Position numbers and translations under genes: made by a program
Part shown: positions 9,200-19,511 of the stretch, piece by piece
How positions within the stretch are numbered: the stretch's first letter is position 1
How the letters are laid out: every line of letters begins with the position of its first letter
The notes under the pieces: model-generated
The model's database searches: none
What the model saw: only the letters and a program-made list of their open reading frames with translations
Told to the model about the DNA's origin: nothing
Source of the DNA: Anaerolineaceae bacterium
GTDB taxonomy: Bacteria; Chloroflexota; Anaerolineae; Anaerolineales; Anaerolineaceae
NCBI GenBank assembly: GCA_017993575.1
Contig: JAGOML010000002.1
Coordinates: forward strand, 4,806-68,805
Length of the DNA stretch: 64,000 nucleotides
Reading direction: 5' to 3'

Positions 9200-10228
9200 A
9201 TGGATGCGAACACTTCTCACCGAAAAGACCAACATCTTGACATTAACTTGATTGAGGACATTGCGTCGGGCGTATCAAACGGACTCGAAGCGTATTCCTT
9301 TTTACATCAAGCGCTCCCACAAATTAACCTTTCAGACGTAGATTTGAGCCTGACTGTTTTTGGGAAACGATTGCGTGCCCCCCTGCTAATTTCCTCGATG
9401 ACAGGTGGAAGCCCTAAGGCAGCCCGATACAACCAGCTTTTAGCGGCAGCCGCCCAGGAATTCGGACTGGCGATGGGCGTTGGATCACAGCGCGCCGCGC
9501 TTGAAAACCCTGAACTTGTGGGCACATACGACGTGCGCGGCTATGCCCCAGACGCGCTGCTCTTTGCTAATCTCGGCGCGATTCAGCTGAATAAAGGCTA
9601 CGGTATTCGGGAATGCCAGCGAGCTGTTGAAATGATTCGCGCCGATGCGCTCATTCTGCACCTTAATCCCTTGCAGGAAGCGCTGCAGCCCGAAGGTGAT
9701 ACCAATTTTGCTGGCATGTTAAGCCGGATTGAATTGATATGCAGCAAACTTGCCGTTCCGGTGATCGTCAAGGAAGTCGGTTGGGGAATTAACACGCAAT
9801 TAGCACGGCAGCTTCTGGAAGCCGGAGTTGCTGCGATTGACGTCGCTGGAGCTGGAGGGACATCCTGGTCCCAGGTGGAGATGCACCGACAAACTGACCC
9901 TAACCGCGCGAAGCTAGCCGCAAGTTTTAGAGGCTGGGGGATTCCAACCGCGCGGTGTCTGCGTGAGATTAAGAGTCAGCTGCCGGATGCCTTGGTTTTT
10001 GCTTCCGGAGGTCTTAAAAACGGATTGGATATCGCAAAGACCCTGGCGCTTGGCGCGGTTCTGGGAGGCATGGCTGGCCCTCTGATTCGCGCAGCCGACG
10101 CCGGCTATACCCGTTTGCGCGATTTGATAGACCTGACGATAACCGAGATTCGCATTTGTTTATTCGCCTGTGGAAAACCTGATCTTCAAAGCTTTAATCG
10201 GTCAGTTCTGCTGCCCCCAGAAGAATAA
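9200..10228 (+). CDS. fni: Type 2 isopentenyl-diphosphate delta-isomerase (FMN-dependent)
   Basis: HRKDQHLDI.., SSMTGG, KEVGWGI and AGAGGTSW motifs, characteristic of IDI-2. Confidence 0.9.
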   Translation: MDANTSHRKDQHLDINLIEDIASGVSNGLEAYSFLHQALPQINLSDVDLSLTVFGKRLRAPLLISSMTGGSPKAARYNQLLAAAAQEFGLAMGVGSQRAALENPELVGTYDVRGYAPDALLFANLGAIQLNKGYGIRECQRAVEMIRADALILHLNPLQEALQPEGDTNFAGMLSRIELICSKLAVPVIVKEVGWGINTQLARQLLEAGVAAIDVAGAGGTSWSQVEMHRQTDPNRAKLAASFRGWGIPTARCLREIKSQLPDALVFASGGLKNGLDIAKTLALGAVLGGMAGPLIRAADAGYTRLRDLIDLTITEIRICLFACGKPDLQSFNRSVLLPPEE

Positions 10229-10241
10229 GAAAAAATAAATC

Positions 10242-10271
10242 AAAAGCCCTCGCTAGTGCGAGGGCTTTTTG
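10242..10271. terminator. Bidirectional terminator between fni and the O-antigen-ligase-like gene
   Basis: 12-bp stem AAAAGCCCTCGC/GCGAGGGCTTTT with a TAGT loop, flanked by A and T runs. Confidence 0.8.
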
Positions 10272-10276
10272 GGATT

Positions 10277-11791
10277 CTACTGAGCGCGATCGGGTTCAGT
10301 TGGAATGGTGGGTTCTTCTTGTTGATTTTCATATGCCCCAGCCTGGATGCGTGAGACGCAAATAACGAGCCCTAAAGCTACCCAGAGGTAAGGCAGGCCA
10401 AAGCTGTCCATGCTAAAACCTTCCATGATTATCGCAATCACGAAAAGTTTCCCTACCAAACCGAAAGTCGACCAAGTTTTCCTGGCCGACTTTTCCAGTT
10501 TGCGCGCCGCAAAAAAATGCGTGCTGATCCAAGCGGTGAATAGTGAAAATCCGAAGATTCCTGTTTCCGCCAGCAAACGCACCCACAAATTTTTCGCGTT
10601 AGGGATGACGTTATCACGGTACAGGTATTCAACAACTTCTGGCAGTCCGTAACCAAATTCTGGCGTCAGGCGGGTGAAAAAGAAACCACTGCCTCCTAGG
10701 CCAACACCCAAGAATGGCCGGCTTAAAAAGACCTTAAAAGCCGTAATCCAATAAATCATGCGTTCAGCAAAACTGAGTTGGCTGGCCCAGCCCAATACAC
10801 CGAATTCCATGTAACGGTCAATGTCAAATAGATCCTCCATGCGGGGGTCAACGCGGGAAAGAAACACACCTAGCAGCAAAATTATGGCCGCAAAAACGAG
10901 CAAAAGGCCCAGCCAAAGCCCAAGCTTGGCAAAGAAATGCTTCCATGGACTGGTATTTGTCCCTTTATGCTCTGCACGTTTCTCAAGCCCGCGATTCATG
11001 AACTTGTTAGCCGTCCTGAAGACCAAAAATGCGAATACTGCGAGTGTTGTCAGCCATCCGATTCTACTGAAACTCAGAAATAGAACGATTAAGCCCAAAA
11101 CCATCAGGATATTCTCAACGCTCAAAAAGCCAAAGAGCTTGCGTTGAAAAGCAGAAAATCGTTTGACAGAGAAACCGATCCAAAGTGGTAAGTAAAGGGT
11201 GTTCAGCTGGTTTGCCAACCAGGAAGGCTCGTATGCTACGCCGGTAACACGTGCTTTGTATAACACGCCGCTTGATGAGATGAACGCCTGCAGTTGTTTA
11301 AGTTCAACGGGATATTTCCCAAGCGTGAACCAAAAAGCGGATTGCGCCAACGATGCGATAATTGCAATCATTCCACCTATGTAAAGCCAACGCAGACTTT
11401 TGCGAAGTATGTCTTCATCCGCTACCACATGGATGGTGACTAAATAAAACGCGATGCCCAGCAAAATGGTCCCAAATCCTTCCAGCGCGTTCTTCCAAAC
11501 TTCCGAGCCGCGAAAAGAATCAAATGGGATGAATACCGCCAGCGCCGAAGAGAGTAGCGCGCTGAGCAAAAAAAGCAATAAGGGCAACGCATGCCGGGGA
11601 ACTGCCCCTTTTCGAAATAACGCCGGAAAATAAGAAATGACAATTAAGACCAATAGGAACACAGCTGAAAGTGGGGCGACAGAAGTGCCGCCTGCCAGGC
11701 GAGCTAACAGCGGAAAACTCGTGAAAGGCAGCGCGACCAGTAAAAGCGCCCAAATGCTGCCCTTCAGCTTGTCAAACACGTTAAGCTTCAT
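10277..11791 (-). CDS. O-antigen ligase / Wzy-like polytopic membrane protein
   Basis: 504 aa with more than 10 predicted TM segments and a central loop region typical of the Wzy_C family (SRIGWLTTLAVFAFL..). Overlaps the upstream Wzz-like gene by 11 nt. Confidence 0.65.
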   Translation of the reverse strand: MKLNVFDKLKGSIWALLLVALPFTSFPLLARLAGGTSVAPLSAVFLLVLIVISYFPALFRKGAVPRHALPLLLFLLSALLSSALAVFIPFDSFRGSEVWKNALEGFGTILLGIAFYLVTIHVVADEDILRKSLRWLYIGGMIAIIASLAQSAFWFTLGKYPVELKQLQAFISSSGVLYKARVTGVAYEPSWLANQLNTLYLPLWIGFSVKRFSAFQRKLFGFLSVENILMVLGLIVLFLSFSRIGWLTTLAVFAFLVFRTANKFMNRGLEKRAEHKGTNTSPWKHFFAKLGLWLGLLLVFAAIILLLGVFLSRVDPRMEDLFDIDRYMEFGVLGWASQLSFAERMIYWITAFKVFLSRPFLGVGLGGSGFFFTRLTPEFGYGLPEVVEYLYRDNVIPNAKNLWVRLLAETGIFGFSLFTAWISTHFFAARKLEKSARKTWSTFGLVGKLFVIAIIMEGFSMDSFGLPYLWVALGLVICVSRIQAGAYENQQEEPTIPTEPDRAQ

Positions 11792-12590
11792 CGTTCCGTT
11801 TCAATTTGGGATTTACTTCCGCGAAAGCAAGACCAAGAGCAAGTCCAGCCAAAGCGCCGCCCAGAACTAATGCCCCTCTGGAATAATTTTGAGGTTTTTG
11901 CGGTACAGCGGCTGGTTGATATTGACTGACGTTCAAAGCCGCTGTTAAGCCGAGCGTTTTGGGACTTTCAGCGATGATAATCAGCGCTAAGCGGTCTGTC
12001 TCTTCACGAACATACGCTGCGTCAAGTGAGTCGCAGAAGGACTTCGGCGCTTTGGGCTGAGCACTGAGGCAATCGCGGATCGCGTTGTATTGATGCTTGG
12101 CGCCGGATAACTGTACGGCGTGTTCATACGCCACATTCAGCCTGTTAAAGAGAATTTCAGCCCATTCTGAAGCAATACGCGCTGCCACTTCAGGCTGCTC
12201 ATCGCGTACTTTAATGACCGTGTTCATCAGTTGGCGCTCCACTGCACTGCTTTTTTTTAGCTTTTCCAGTGTAAGGGTGTTGCCGTTCTGTGATTCCTTA
12301 GCTATTAACTCCGCGATGACATCCGGATGAAACACTAACTCCCCAATATGGTTTATCTCAGCATCCAGCATTATCTCTGTGATGTTGGCGTCCTGAACCA
12401 ATTCAAGGTTGGTGCTCACCAGCGCCCTCGCCTCAAATACAGGCGGCAGCGCCAGGCTCAGGAGGCCGCCAATTAAGGCACCGATGATCATAAACACAAA
12501 TACGAACAGCCAAGGCAGTGCGTTCTTACGGCTCAAAAGTCGAAAGTGATAATCGTCGGGATGTTTTACAGAAAATTGTTCTTGACCCAT
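11781..12590 (-). CDS. Polysaccharide chain-length determinant (Wzz/PCP)-like protein
   Basis: N-terminal TM (LPWLFVFVFMIIGALIGGLLSLALPPVFEA), a coiled soluble middle, and a C-terminal TM (GALVLGGALAGLALGLAF). This is PCP topology. Confidence 0.6.
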   Translation of the reverse strand: MGQEQFSVKHPDDYHFRLLSRKNALPWLFVFVFMIIGALIGGLLSLALPPVFEARALVSTNLELVQDANITEIMLDAEINHIGELVFHPDVIAELIAKESQNGNTLTLEKLKKSSAVERQLMNTVIKVRDEQPEVAARIASEWAEILFNRLNVAYEHAVQLSGAKHQYNAIRDCLSAQPKAPKSFCDSLDAAYVREETDRLALIIIAESPKTLGLTAALNVSQYQPAAVPQKPQNYSRGALVLGGALAGLALGLAFAEVNPKLKRNDEA

Positions 12591-12631
12591 TAAATATCCA
12601 TTGAATTTTGCTCAGAACTAAACTAAAAAGT

Positions 12632-12640
12632 ATTTTAGCA
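12632..12640 (-). promoter_or_regulatory. Candidate extended -10 element (TGCTAAAAT) upstream of the Wzz-like gene
   Basis: The minus strand reads TGCTAAAAT about 40 nt upstream of the ATG at 12590. Confidence 0.35.
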
Positions 12641-12696
12641 CAGCTGCCAAGTCTCCTACAGTTGTTACGCTGCGCACTAAAAAAGAACCATGTTAC

Positions 12697-15228
12697 CTAA
12701 GGGCAGCTGCTGAGGAATTCAAGATTGTTAGTTCGTAGGCTTATATCTTGTTCCGGGAGATAAGCCAAAAATCCTTCGACAAACCCATCCCGCTGACATC
12801 CCAGAACGACGATATCCCCGCCAGGCTCGAGGTACGTGAGATCGTCTGTATCAATAGAGAAAAACACTTCCGTCAACTCCGGTTGTAACACGGTTAAGAT
12901 AAGACCTTCCTTGCCGTTCAACACGAAATCACGATAACGTGGATATAACATGCGTCCTGCGAATATTCGCGCGGATGCTTTTTGCAGCAGAGCGTCGGAC
13001 TCCTTGACCAGCGCCGGATACTTGCTAAAAATCGCGCTTGAATACAGCATTGTTATGTTTTCTTCGCTTTTTTGATTTGAATACAAATCCGGGTAGCTTA
13101 TGTTTTTCAAAGGTACCGCGCTTCCAATCGCTAAGAGCAGGACTGCGACAGCAAAGAGCTGCCTCTTTCCACTGGTCATGATGTGGTTTGAAGCAGTGAA
13201 AACTTGTTGTTCCGCAGGTAACGCGCTGCGCAAGTGCGCGCCTGTTTCATAGACGAGCACGAGGGCGAGAAGAAAATAAAAATAGACTGTCCAATCTACC
13301 GGCAACAAGTAACGGCTGCCAGAGGTCCTTCCTAAAGCGTTTGACGCGTAATATCCCATGTTCAGTACCAACGGCGCCAACCCCGCCGCACCGTTTTTTC
13401 TCCAGCTGGCAGCGATTCCCAGGCCAACAAGCGCCAGATTGAGCGCAAATGCAAATACACTGGAAATTGGAAGTCCTCCTGTCCAGGTTACGGGTTCTTT
13501 CCAGTAGGGCAACTCAAGCACTGGGGTTAGCTCAAGCGGATAAAGCGCGAATGGCAGTGTGAAGAGGGCCTTAATTTCGTTGTTCAAAAAGTGTCCAAGA
13601 GTAAAACCAAAAACACCTAGTCGCTGACTCAGCGGCGCGTCGATTTTAGGCTGGGTATCCGCCGGAATAATCGGTTTTTCTCCCAAAAGGCTGACGGGAT
13701 GTTGAACCAAGCCTGTTGGCGCGGCTTGCTGCTCCTGCTGAAAAAATCTGGTTTGGACGACCGCGCTAATCTTGTAGGTGAAAGGGTCTGTCCCGTATTT
13801 TATCCAGGTAAATGCCAGCCAGGGTCCTATCACCAAAATGATTCCACAAATGAATAGAAGCACAGAAGTCCAGGTTTTTTTTAGGTCACGGCGGTAATGC
13901 CAGAGCGCGAAGACAATTATCACAGGCACTAATAAGAGCGGATTCGTGCGCACCATGGTCGCCAAACCCAGCGCGCCGCCTGCAAACAATGACCATGCGT
14001 GAGGTTTTTCAGTGGATTTGAACCAGCCGACCAGCGCGATTGCCAAAAGCGCCATCAAAATCATGGTAGGGAATTCCGAAAGATACAACCGGGAGTTCGA
14101 TACTGAAATCTTGAAGGTTGAAAATATGGCGTTGTATTCCTTCGCGACAGAAAAAAGTGCAATTGAGAGGCCAAACAAGCGATTGTGAAGTTGTTTCCCG
14201 AGCAAATACAGCAGGACGGGAAACACCGCAAAACAAATCATCTGCCAGCTTGTTACGGTGAAATACCTTTGGCCGACAACTCTGTGAAGTAAGCCCAAAA
14301 ACAGCGCGTATAACGGCTTCTCGGTAAAGTATGGATACTCCAGTCCTTTCCCGATAAGCATGTACTGACCGCCTAAATCGGTCAAAGCCGCGTCGCTGTA
14401 TGGATAAAAGTCCTGGTTAGGAGGGAAAACACCTTCCGCGAAAAAACTATTAGAAAAAGGAGCTTGATGCCAGAACCAGGCTGCTCCAGCCCAAAGGATA
14501 AGACAAGCCAGGATATCCAGCAGAATTTCGCGCCTGCGGGGGTTACCAGAAGCTTTTCTGGTCAAAAGGCCGTACAAAAAAATCCCAAAAAGCGCCAGCC
14601 CCAATACCAATGCCAATTGATTAATCAAGACCGGGACGCCAGCTACGTTCCAAAAACGGTTGTCTGGTTCCAAACCAACTCGCGTGCTAATGACACTAAT
14701 CCAGACGAATGCGATAATCGCAAGAACAAGCGCGAATGTTTTCCTGGTATGCCAGGAGGCTGGGAACTCCTTGATGAAAAGACCAACCAACAGTGCCTGC
14801 AAGGCAGCCAGAAAAAACCATCTGCCAAGCGGCTCAGCAACCTGATTGAGAAAAGTGTTATTAGCGCCCCAAACCAGAATGACAACTGTGGAAATTCCCA
14901 GGTAACATGCCAATAGACCTGGCACTACCCAGCGAGAGTAGCGCGTGGCTGGTGAGAATGCGACCTTAAATTTTGCAATTAATCTTTGCGCCCATTTCTG
15001 ACCAAACAAAGCGCTAAGTCCCAGCAGTAGAAGGAAGATGGCTGCCAAGGCCCAAATTGCTAGGAAAATGAATACGCCGGCGTCTCCGCTCAAAAAATCC
15101 TGTTGTTTTGGGAGGAATAAACCTAACCAAAGCAAACCTTCGATGCCGGTCAGGCATAGCAGCAGCGCGGTGAAAAAATGTGGTTTTTCCTTCAAGAATG
15201 CCATCCTTGCGTCCTTGGTTAAACCCAT
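12697..15228 (-). CDS. GT-C fold glycosyltransferase (ArnT/PMT family 39-like) membrane protein
   Basis: 843 aa. More than 12 TM segments in the N-terminal two-thirds, followed by a soluble C-terminal domain. This architecture is typical of lipid-linked-sugar-dependent GT-C enzymes. Confidence 0.65.
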   Translation of the reverse strand: MGLTKDARMAFLKEKPHFFTALLLCLTGIEGLLWLGLFLPKQQDFLSGDAGVFIFLAIWALAAIFLLLLGLSALFGQKWAQRLIAKFKVAFSPATRYSRWVVPGLLACYLGISTVVILVWGANNTFLNQVAEPLGRWFFLAALQALLVGLFIKEFPASWHTRKTFALVLAIIAFVWISVISTRVGLEPDNRFWNVAGVPVLINQLALVLGLALFGIFLYGLLTRKASGNPRRREILLDILACLILWAGAAWFWHQAPFSNSFFAEGVFPPNQDFYPYSDAALTDLGGQYMLIGKGLEYPYFTEKPLYALFLGLLHRVVGQRYFTVTSWQMICFAVFPVLLYLLGKQLHNRLFGLSIALFSVAKEYNAIFSTFKISVSNSRLYLSEFPTMILMALLAIALVGWFKSTEKPHAWSLFAGGALGLATMVRTNPLLLVPVIIVFALWHYRRDLKKTWTSVLLFICGIILVIGPWLAFTWIKYGTDPFTYKISAVVQTRFFQQEQQAAPTGLVQHPVSLLGEKPIIPADTQPKIDAPLSQRLGVFGFTLGHFLNNEIKALFTLPFALYPLELTPVLELPYWKEPVTWTGGLPISSVFAFALNLALVGLGIAASWRKNGAAGLAPLVLNMGYYASNALGRTSGSRYLLPVDWTVYFYFLLALVLVYETGAHLRSALPAEQQVFTASNHIMTSGKRQLFAVAVLLLAIGSAVPLKNISYPDLYSNQKSEENITMLYSSAIFSKYPALVKESDALLQKASARIFAGRMLYPRYRDFVLNGKEGLILTVLQPELTEVFFSIDTDDLTYLEPGGDIVVLGCQRDGFVEGFLAYLPEQDISLRTNNLEFLSSCP

Positions 15229-15379
15229 TGCATAGTTGCCTTATTATAAGGCAGCTTCAGAGTCTGCCCGCTTGGTTTTATTGTTTTGCCAAAGCCTTTG
15301 ATTATGCTTTGTTCTGGACCACGAGAAAGACCAGTATCACGCAAAAGTTAGGTTTTGTTACAATTGCAGCGGAGGACAC

Positions 15380-16255
15380 GTGGCGCGCATTCGATTTATC
15401 TCCAATTCTATGCTTAAAACCGGCAATATTCTGGGTGAATGCCCTCTTTGGCACCCCAGCGAAAAGGCGCTTTATTGGCTGGACATAGAAGCGGGTTTAC
15501 TCCAGCGTTATACCCCTTCGCTGGGAAATTACGAGGTCTTCGACCTCGGCGTCCGAGCCGGCAGCTTTGGATTTCGCAAGCCTGATGGGCTTGTTATGGC
15601 AACGGAAACAGGCTTTGCCTTTTGGTCAGAAAAAGGCGGCACATCCCCCAATTTTGCTTATTTGTACCCCCCAACTGGCGCGACCATGATGAATGACGGC
15701 CGCGTTGACTCACAGGGTCGCTTTTGGGCAGGCAGCAAAGGGCCGGCTGGGACCTCCACTCTCTTCCAGTTGCAGCCAGACGGAGCCTGGCTCTCTGTTC
15801 TGGATAATCTGACTATTTCCAATGGCATCGATTGGAGTCCAGACGGCAGCTTTTGTTATTTCACGGATTCAGGTGAACAGGCTGTCTACCGCTTCTCTAT
15901 TCGGGGAGATCAGCTACACGAAAAAAGGCTGTTTTTCTCGACCTTGCACGCTGGTCAGCCTGGCACACCCGACGGTTTGTGCGTGGATAGCGCTGGTAAT
16001 ATCTGGTCCGCTATTTGGGACGGTTCAAAAATTATCCAGCTCTCGCCCCAAGCGGAAATCCTGCAGGAAATCTACCTCCCTGTCAGTCGACCCACATCCA
16101 TCGCGTTCGGAGGGAATGACTTAAGGGATTTATTTATTACTTCCGCGTCCGTTGACCTTACGTCAGAGCAGCTTGGCAATCAAGCCCAGGCTGGCGATTT
16201 ATTCCATTGTCGTGTCGAAATTCCAGGCAGACCACCCCATTTCTTCGCGGGTTGA
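15380..16255 (+). CDS. SMP-30/gluconolactonase/LRE family protein
   Basis: GECPLWHPSEKALYWLDI, ISNGIDWSPDG and PDGLCVDSAGNIW six-blade propeller motifs. GTG start. Confidence 0.85.
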   Translation: MARIRFISNSMLKTGNILGECPLWHPSEKALYWLDIEAGLLQRYTPSLGNYEVFDLGVRAGSFGFRKPDGLVMATETGFAFWSEKGGTSPNFAYLYPPTGATMMNDGRVDSQGRFWAGSKGPAGTSTLFQLQPDGAWLSVLDNLTISNGIDWSPDGSFCYFTDSGEQAVYRFSIRGDQLHEKRLFFSTLHAGQPGTPDGLCVDSAGNIWSAIWDGSKIIQLSPQAEILQEIYLPVSRPTSIAFGGNDLRDLFITSASVDLTSEQLGNQAQAGDLFHCRVEIPGRPPHFFAG

Positions 16256-16273
16256 TTTCTGACTAATCCTGAA

Positions 16274-18127
16274 CTAATCTTCCTCTTCTTCGCCTGTTTT
16301 CTCGAAGCGTAAGCGGTCGTGGGTTTGCAGGATGCGTTTGCGCATGCGTAAACTCTGCGGTGTGACTTCCAATAGCTCATCTGGCCCAATGTATTCAATC
16401 ATTTCGTCCAGGCTGAGTATCCTGGGGGGATTTAAGCGGTCTTCAAGGTCCCTGATGGACTGCCGCATGTTAGTCAGGTGTTTTTTCTTGGCGACGTTGA
16501 TGGACAAATCCTGAGGTCTGGGAGTTTCGCCGACCAGCATTCCTTCATAGATTGGTACGCCAGGGCCCACAAACAACTGACCGCGTTCCTCCGCGTTCCG
16601 AAGGCCAAAGGTTGTGGTGACTCCAGTTTCCCTGGCTACGATGGAACTGGATTGCTTTGTTTCAATGACGCCTTCTAATACCTGTAAACCTGAATAAAAA
16701 CTGTTCAGAACGCCCTTTCCGCGGGTTACCGTCAGGAATTTGTATCGAAAACCTAATAAGCCCCTGGTGGGCATGTTGTATATCAGGTGAACAGTGTTAT
16801 CGGGATTGTTGGTCATATTCGTCATTCTTCCGCGCCGTTCACCCAGCATTTCAACTACCGCGCCTACATATTCGCCATCGACATCCACGTGCACTTCCTC
16901 AAAGGGCTCGTATTTGATACCGTCCTCGCCGACCACCACAATTGCTTCCGGCCTGGAAACCTGGAATTCATAACCCTCCCGCCGCATGGTTTCAATCAAG
17001 ATCCCCAGATGCAGCTCGCCCCGCCCGGAAACCAGGAACACGTCCTTGCTCTCCGTTTGCTCCACGCGCAAGGCAATATTCGTTCTCAGCTCATCTTGCA
17101 GACGTTCCCAAAGCTTCCGGGAAGTGCTCCATTTGCCTTCCTGTCCAGAAAAAGGCGAGGTGTTCACGCCAAAAGTCATTTGGACTGTAGGTTGTTGAAC
17201 TTTAATCACCGGCAGAGCTATCGGGGTTTCAGGGTCTGCCAGGGTTTCACCAATTTGAATGTCTTTCAACCCGCCGATTGTGATGATTTCGCCAGCCTCT
17301 ACGGTCTGCACCGATACTTTATCCAAACCCTGGAATTCAAACACGTAACGCGCTTGAATCTTCTCCATAGTGCCGTCGTGCTTGATCCGCATCAGATTTT
17401 GGCCGCTGTTGAGCGTTCCCGCGTGAATTCTGCCTGAAGCAGTTACGCCGCTGTACTCGTCGTACCCAAGATTTGTGACCAACATCTGAAAAGGCGCGTC
17501 CGCGCTGACTAAGGGACCAGAAATGTAATCCAGGATGCACTCAAAGAGGACATGCAAATCCTCATCAAGATTTGCTGTAAGGCCGGCTTTCCCTTCCAAA
17601 CCATTGGCATAGATAACCGGAAAATCCGTCAGCTCATCGCTCGCGCCTAGTTCGATGAATAGATCAAAGGTGCCGTTCAGCGCGTGGTCGACGTCAGCGT
17701 CTTTGCGGTCAAGTTTGTTGATGACAACAATAGTCCGCAAATTCTTAGCAATGGCTTGCTTGAGTACAAAACGGGTTTGTGGTTTTGGACCTTCAGCAGC
17801 GTCTACCAAGAGCAGCACGCCATCCACCATATTCATGATGCGTTCAACCTCACCGCCAAAATCCGCGTGTCCTGGGGTGTCCACAATGTTGATTTTTACC
17901 AGTTCACCTGTCTTTGGGTTGGGTATCGTGATGGCAGTATTCTTCGCCAGGATGGTAATACCGCGTTCGCGTTCCAAATCATTGGAATCCATGATGCGTT
18001 CCTGCACTTTTTGGTTAGCGCGGAAAATCTTGGCTTGCTTGAGCATTGAATCTATCAATGTTGTTTTGCCGTGGTCCACGTGCGCGATAATCGCGACGTT
18101 GCGAATATTTTTTCGTTCAGTTAGCAT
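16274..18127 (-). CDS. typA: Translational GTPase TypA/BipA
   Basis: IRNVAIIAHVDHGKTTL, DTPGHADFGGEV and NKLDR motifs. ATG at 18127 (AAGGA 5 nt upstream) is preferred over ATG at 18148, which abuts the upstream terminator hairpin. Confidence 0.95.
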   Translation of the reverse strand: MLTERKNIRNVAIIAHVDHGKTTLIDSMLKQAKIFRANQKVQERIMDSNDLERERGITILAKNTAITIPNPKTGELVKINIVDTPGHADFGGEVERIMNMVDGVLLLVDAAEGPKPQTRFVLKQAIAKNLRTIVVINKLDRKDADVDHALNGTFDLFIELGASDELTDFPVIYANGLEGKAGLTANLDEDLHVLFECILDYISGPLVSADAPFQMLVTNLGYDEYSGVTASGRIHAGTLNSGQNLMRIKHDGTMEKIQARYVFEFQGLDKVSVQTVEAGEIITIGGLKDIQIGETLADPETPIALPVIKVQQPTVQMTFGVNTSPFSGQEGKWSTSRKLWERLQDELRTNIALRVEQTESKDVFLVSGRGELHLGILIETMRREGYEFQVSRPEAIVVVGEDGIKYEPFEEVHVDVDGEYVGAVVEMLGERRGRMTNMTNNPDNTVHLIYNMPTRGLLGFRYKFLTVTRGKGVLNSFYSGLQVLEGVIETKQSSSIVARETGVTTTFGLRNAEERGQLFVGPGVPIYEGMLVGETPRPQDLSINVAKKKHLTNMRQSIRDLEDRLNPPRILSLDEMIEYIGPDELLEVTPQSLRMRKRILQTHDRLRFEKTGEEEED

Positions 18128-18148
18128 AATTTCCTTTTTGTTACTCAT

Positions 18149-18176
18149 AAAAAGAACCCGGTGAACCGGGTTCTTT
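18149..18176 (-). terminator. Rho-independent terminator after pdp
   Basis: 11-bp perfect stem AAAGAACCCGG/CCGGGTTCTTT, with a T-run on the minus strand. Confidence 0.75.
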
Positions 18177-18180
18177 GCGT

Positions 18181-19488
18181 CTAAATTCCTATCACGCCGT
18201 AAAAATACGGCGGCTTTTCTACCGGTTCATTCACAATTTTCACGGCATTTTTCAAGCGCTCTTTTGCCTGCTGCAATTTGCGCGGGTCATTGGCATGAAC
18301 TTCAAACAATACCTGACCTTTGTCGACTGCATCACCAACTTTTACTTTCACGATGATGCCGACGGCCTGGTCAATCATGTCCCCTTTTTGTTCCCTGCCA
18401 GCCCCCAGCGTAACCGAAGTTTCGCCGACTTCTTTGGCGTCCACCACGGCAGCCCAACCTGCGCTCCTCGCGCGCACTGGTTCCACGAACGCAGCCATGG
18501 GTAGCTTGTCAAGGTCGTCAACATAACTGACGTCCCCACCCTGAGCAATCACCAGCTCACGGAATTTCGCGTAACCGCTGCCATCGTTTATGGCTTTTTC
18601 TGCCATCACGACACCTTCAGGGATATCCTTGGCCTGTCCGCCGAGAATAAGCATATAAGCAGCCAGATGCAGGCAGTGGTAACGATAATCTTCCGGTCCA
18701 TTGCCATGCAGCATTTCAACTGCTTCTTTGAGCTCAAGCGCGTTTCCGACTGCGCTGCCCAGCGGTTGGTCCATTGGAGAAAGCACGGCGATAACCTGCC
18801 TCCCGCTCAATTTACCGATCGAGACCATCACTTCCGCCAGCTGTCTGGCTTCATTCAGCGTACGCATGAACGCGCCCTGCCCTACTTTGACATCCAATAC
18901 AATGGCGTGCGCGCCAGCCGCGATCTTTTTGCTCATTACCGATGAAGCAATTAACGGAATCGACTGCACCGTGCCGGTAACATCCCGCAGGGAGTAAAGC
19001 TTTCCGTCCGCTGGCGCCAGATCGGCACTTTGACCGGTAAGCACAATTCCATGCTGCTTAAGCTGTTGGATAAACTGATTGGTGGAAAGATCAACCTGGA
19101 GACCAGGAATAGCTTCCAGTTTATCAATTGTGCCTCCGCTGAAACCAAGTCCTCGACCGGACATTTTTCCAACCGGAAGCCCGCAGGCAGCCACCAAGGG
19201 CGCCACGGTAAGGGTGGTTTTATCACCAACACCACCTGTGGAGTGCTTATCCACCGCGATTTTTACAGCCTGGCTGAGATCCAACATGTCCCCCGAATGC
19301 GCCATCGCCAAGGTCAGGTCAGTAATTTCCTGATCAGTCATGCCATTCAGAAGCACAGCCATCGCCCAAGCGGACATTTGATAGTCCGGAATGGTTCCTC
19401 GGGTGTAACTTTCTATCAGGAAATCAATCTCAGTCTTGCTAAGGATTTCCTTATCCCGTTTCTTGATGATGATATCAACCGCGCGCAT
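18181..19488 (-). CDS. pdp: Pyrimidine-nucleoside (thymidine) phosphorylase
   Basis: MRAVDIIIKKRD..IPDYQMSAWAMAV..DKHSTGGVGDKTTL motifs. Confidence 0.93.
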   Translation of the reverse strand: MRAVDIIIKKRDKEILSKTEIDFLIESYTRGTIPDYQMSAWAMAVLLNGMTDQEITDLTLAMAHSGDMLDLSQAVKIAVDKHSTGGVGDKTTLTVAPLVAACGLPVGKMSGRGLGFSGGTIDKLEAIPGLQVDLSTNQFIQQLKQHGIVLTGQSADLAPADGKLYSLRDVTGTVQSIPLIASSVMSKKIAAGAHAIVLDVKVGQGAFMRTLNEARQLAEVMVSIGKLSGRQVIAVLSPMDQPLGSAVGNALELKEAVEMLHGNGPEDYRYHCLHLAAYMLILGGQAKDIPEGVVMAEKAINDGSGYAKFRELVIAQGGDVSYVDDLDKLPMAAFVEPVRARSAGWAAVVDAKEVGETSVTLGAGREQKGDMIDQAVGIIVKVKVGDAVDKGQVLFEVHANDPRKLQQAKERLKNAVKIVNEPVEKPPYFYGVIGI

Positions 19489-19511
19489 CTTGCCAGCTTT
19501 CGTATCCGTGA

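Noticed and set aside
16787-17437. Long antisense ORFs inside typA (also 5813-6415 in the SPFH gene, 7366-7905 in sucC, 40762-41274 in the helicase-like gene)
   Set aside because: All lie fully inside strongly supported genes on the opposite strand. They have biased, repetitive composition and lack SD sequences.
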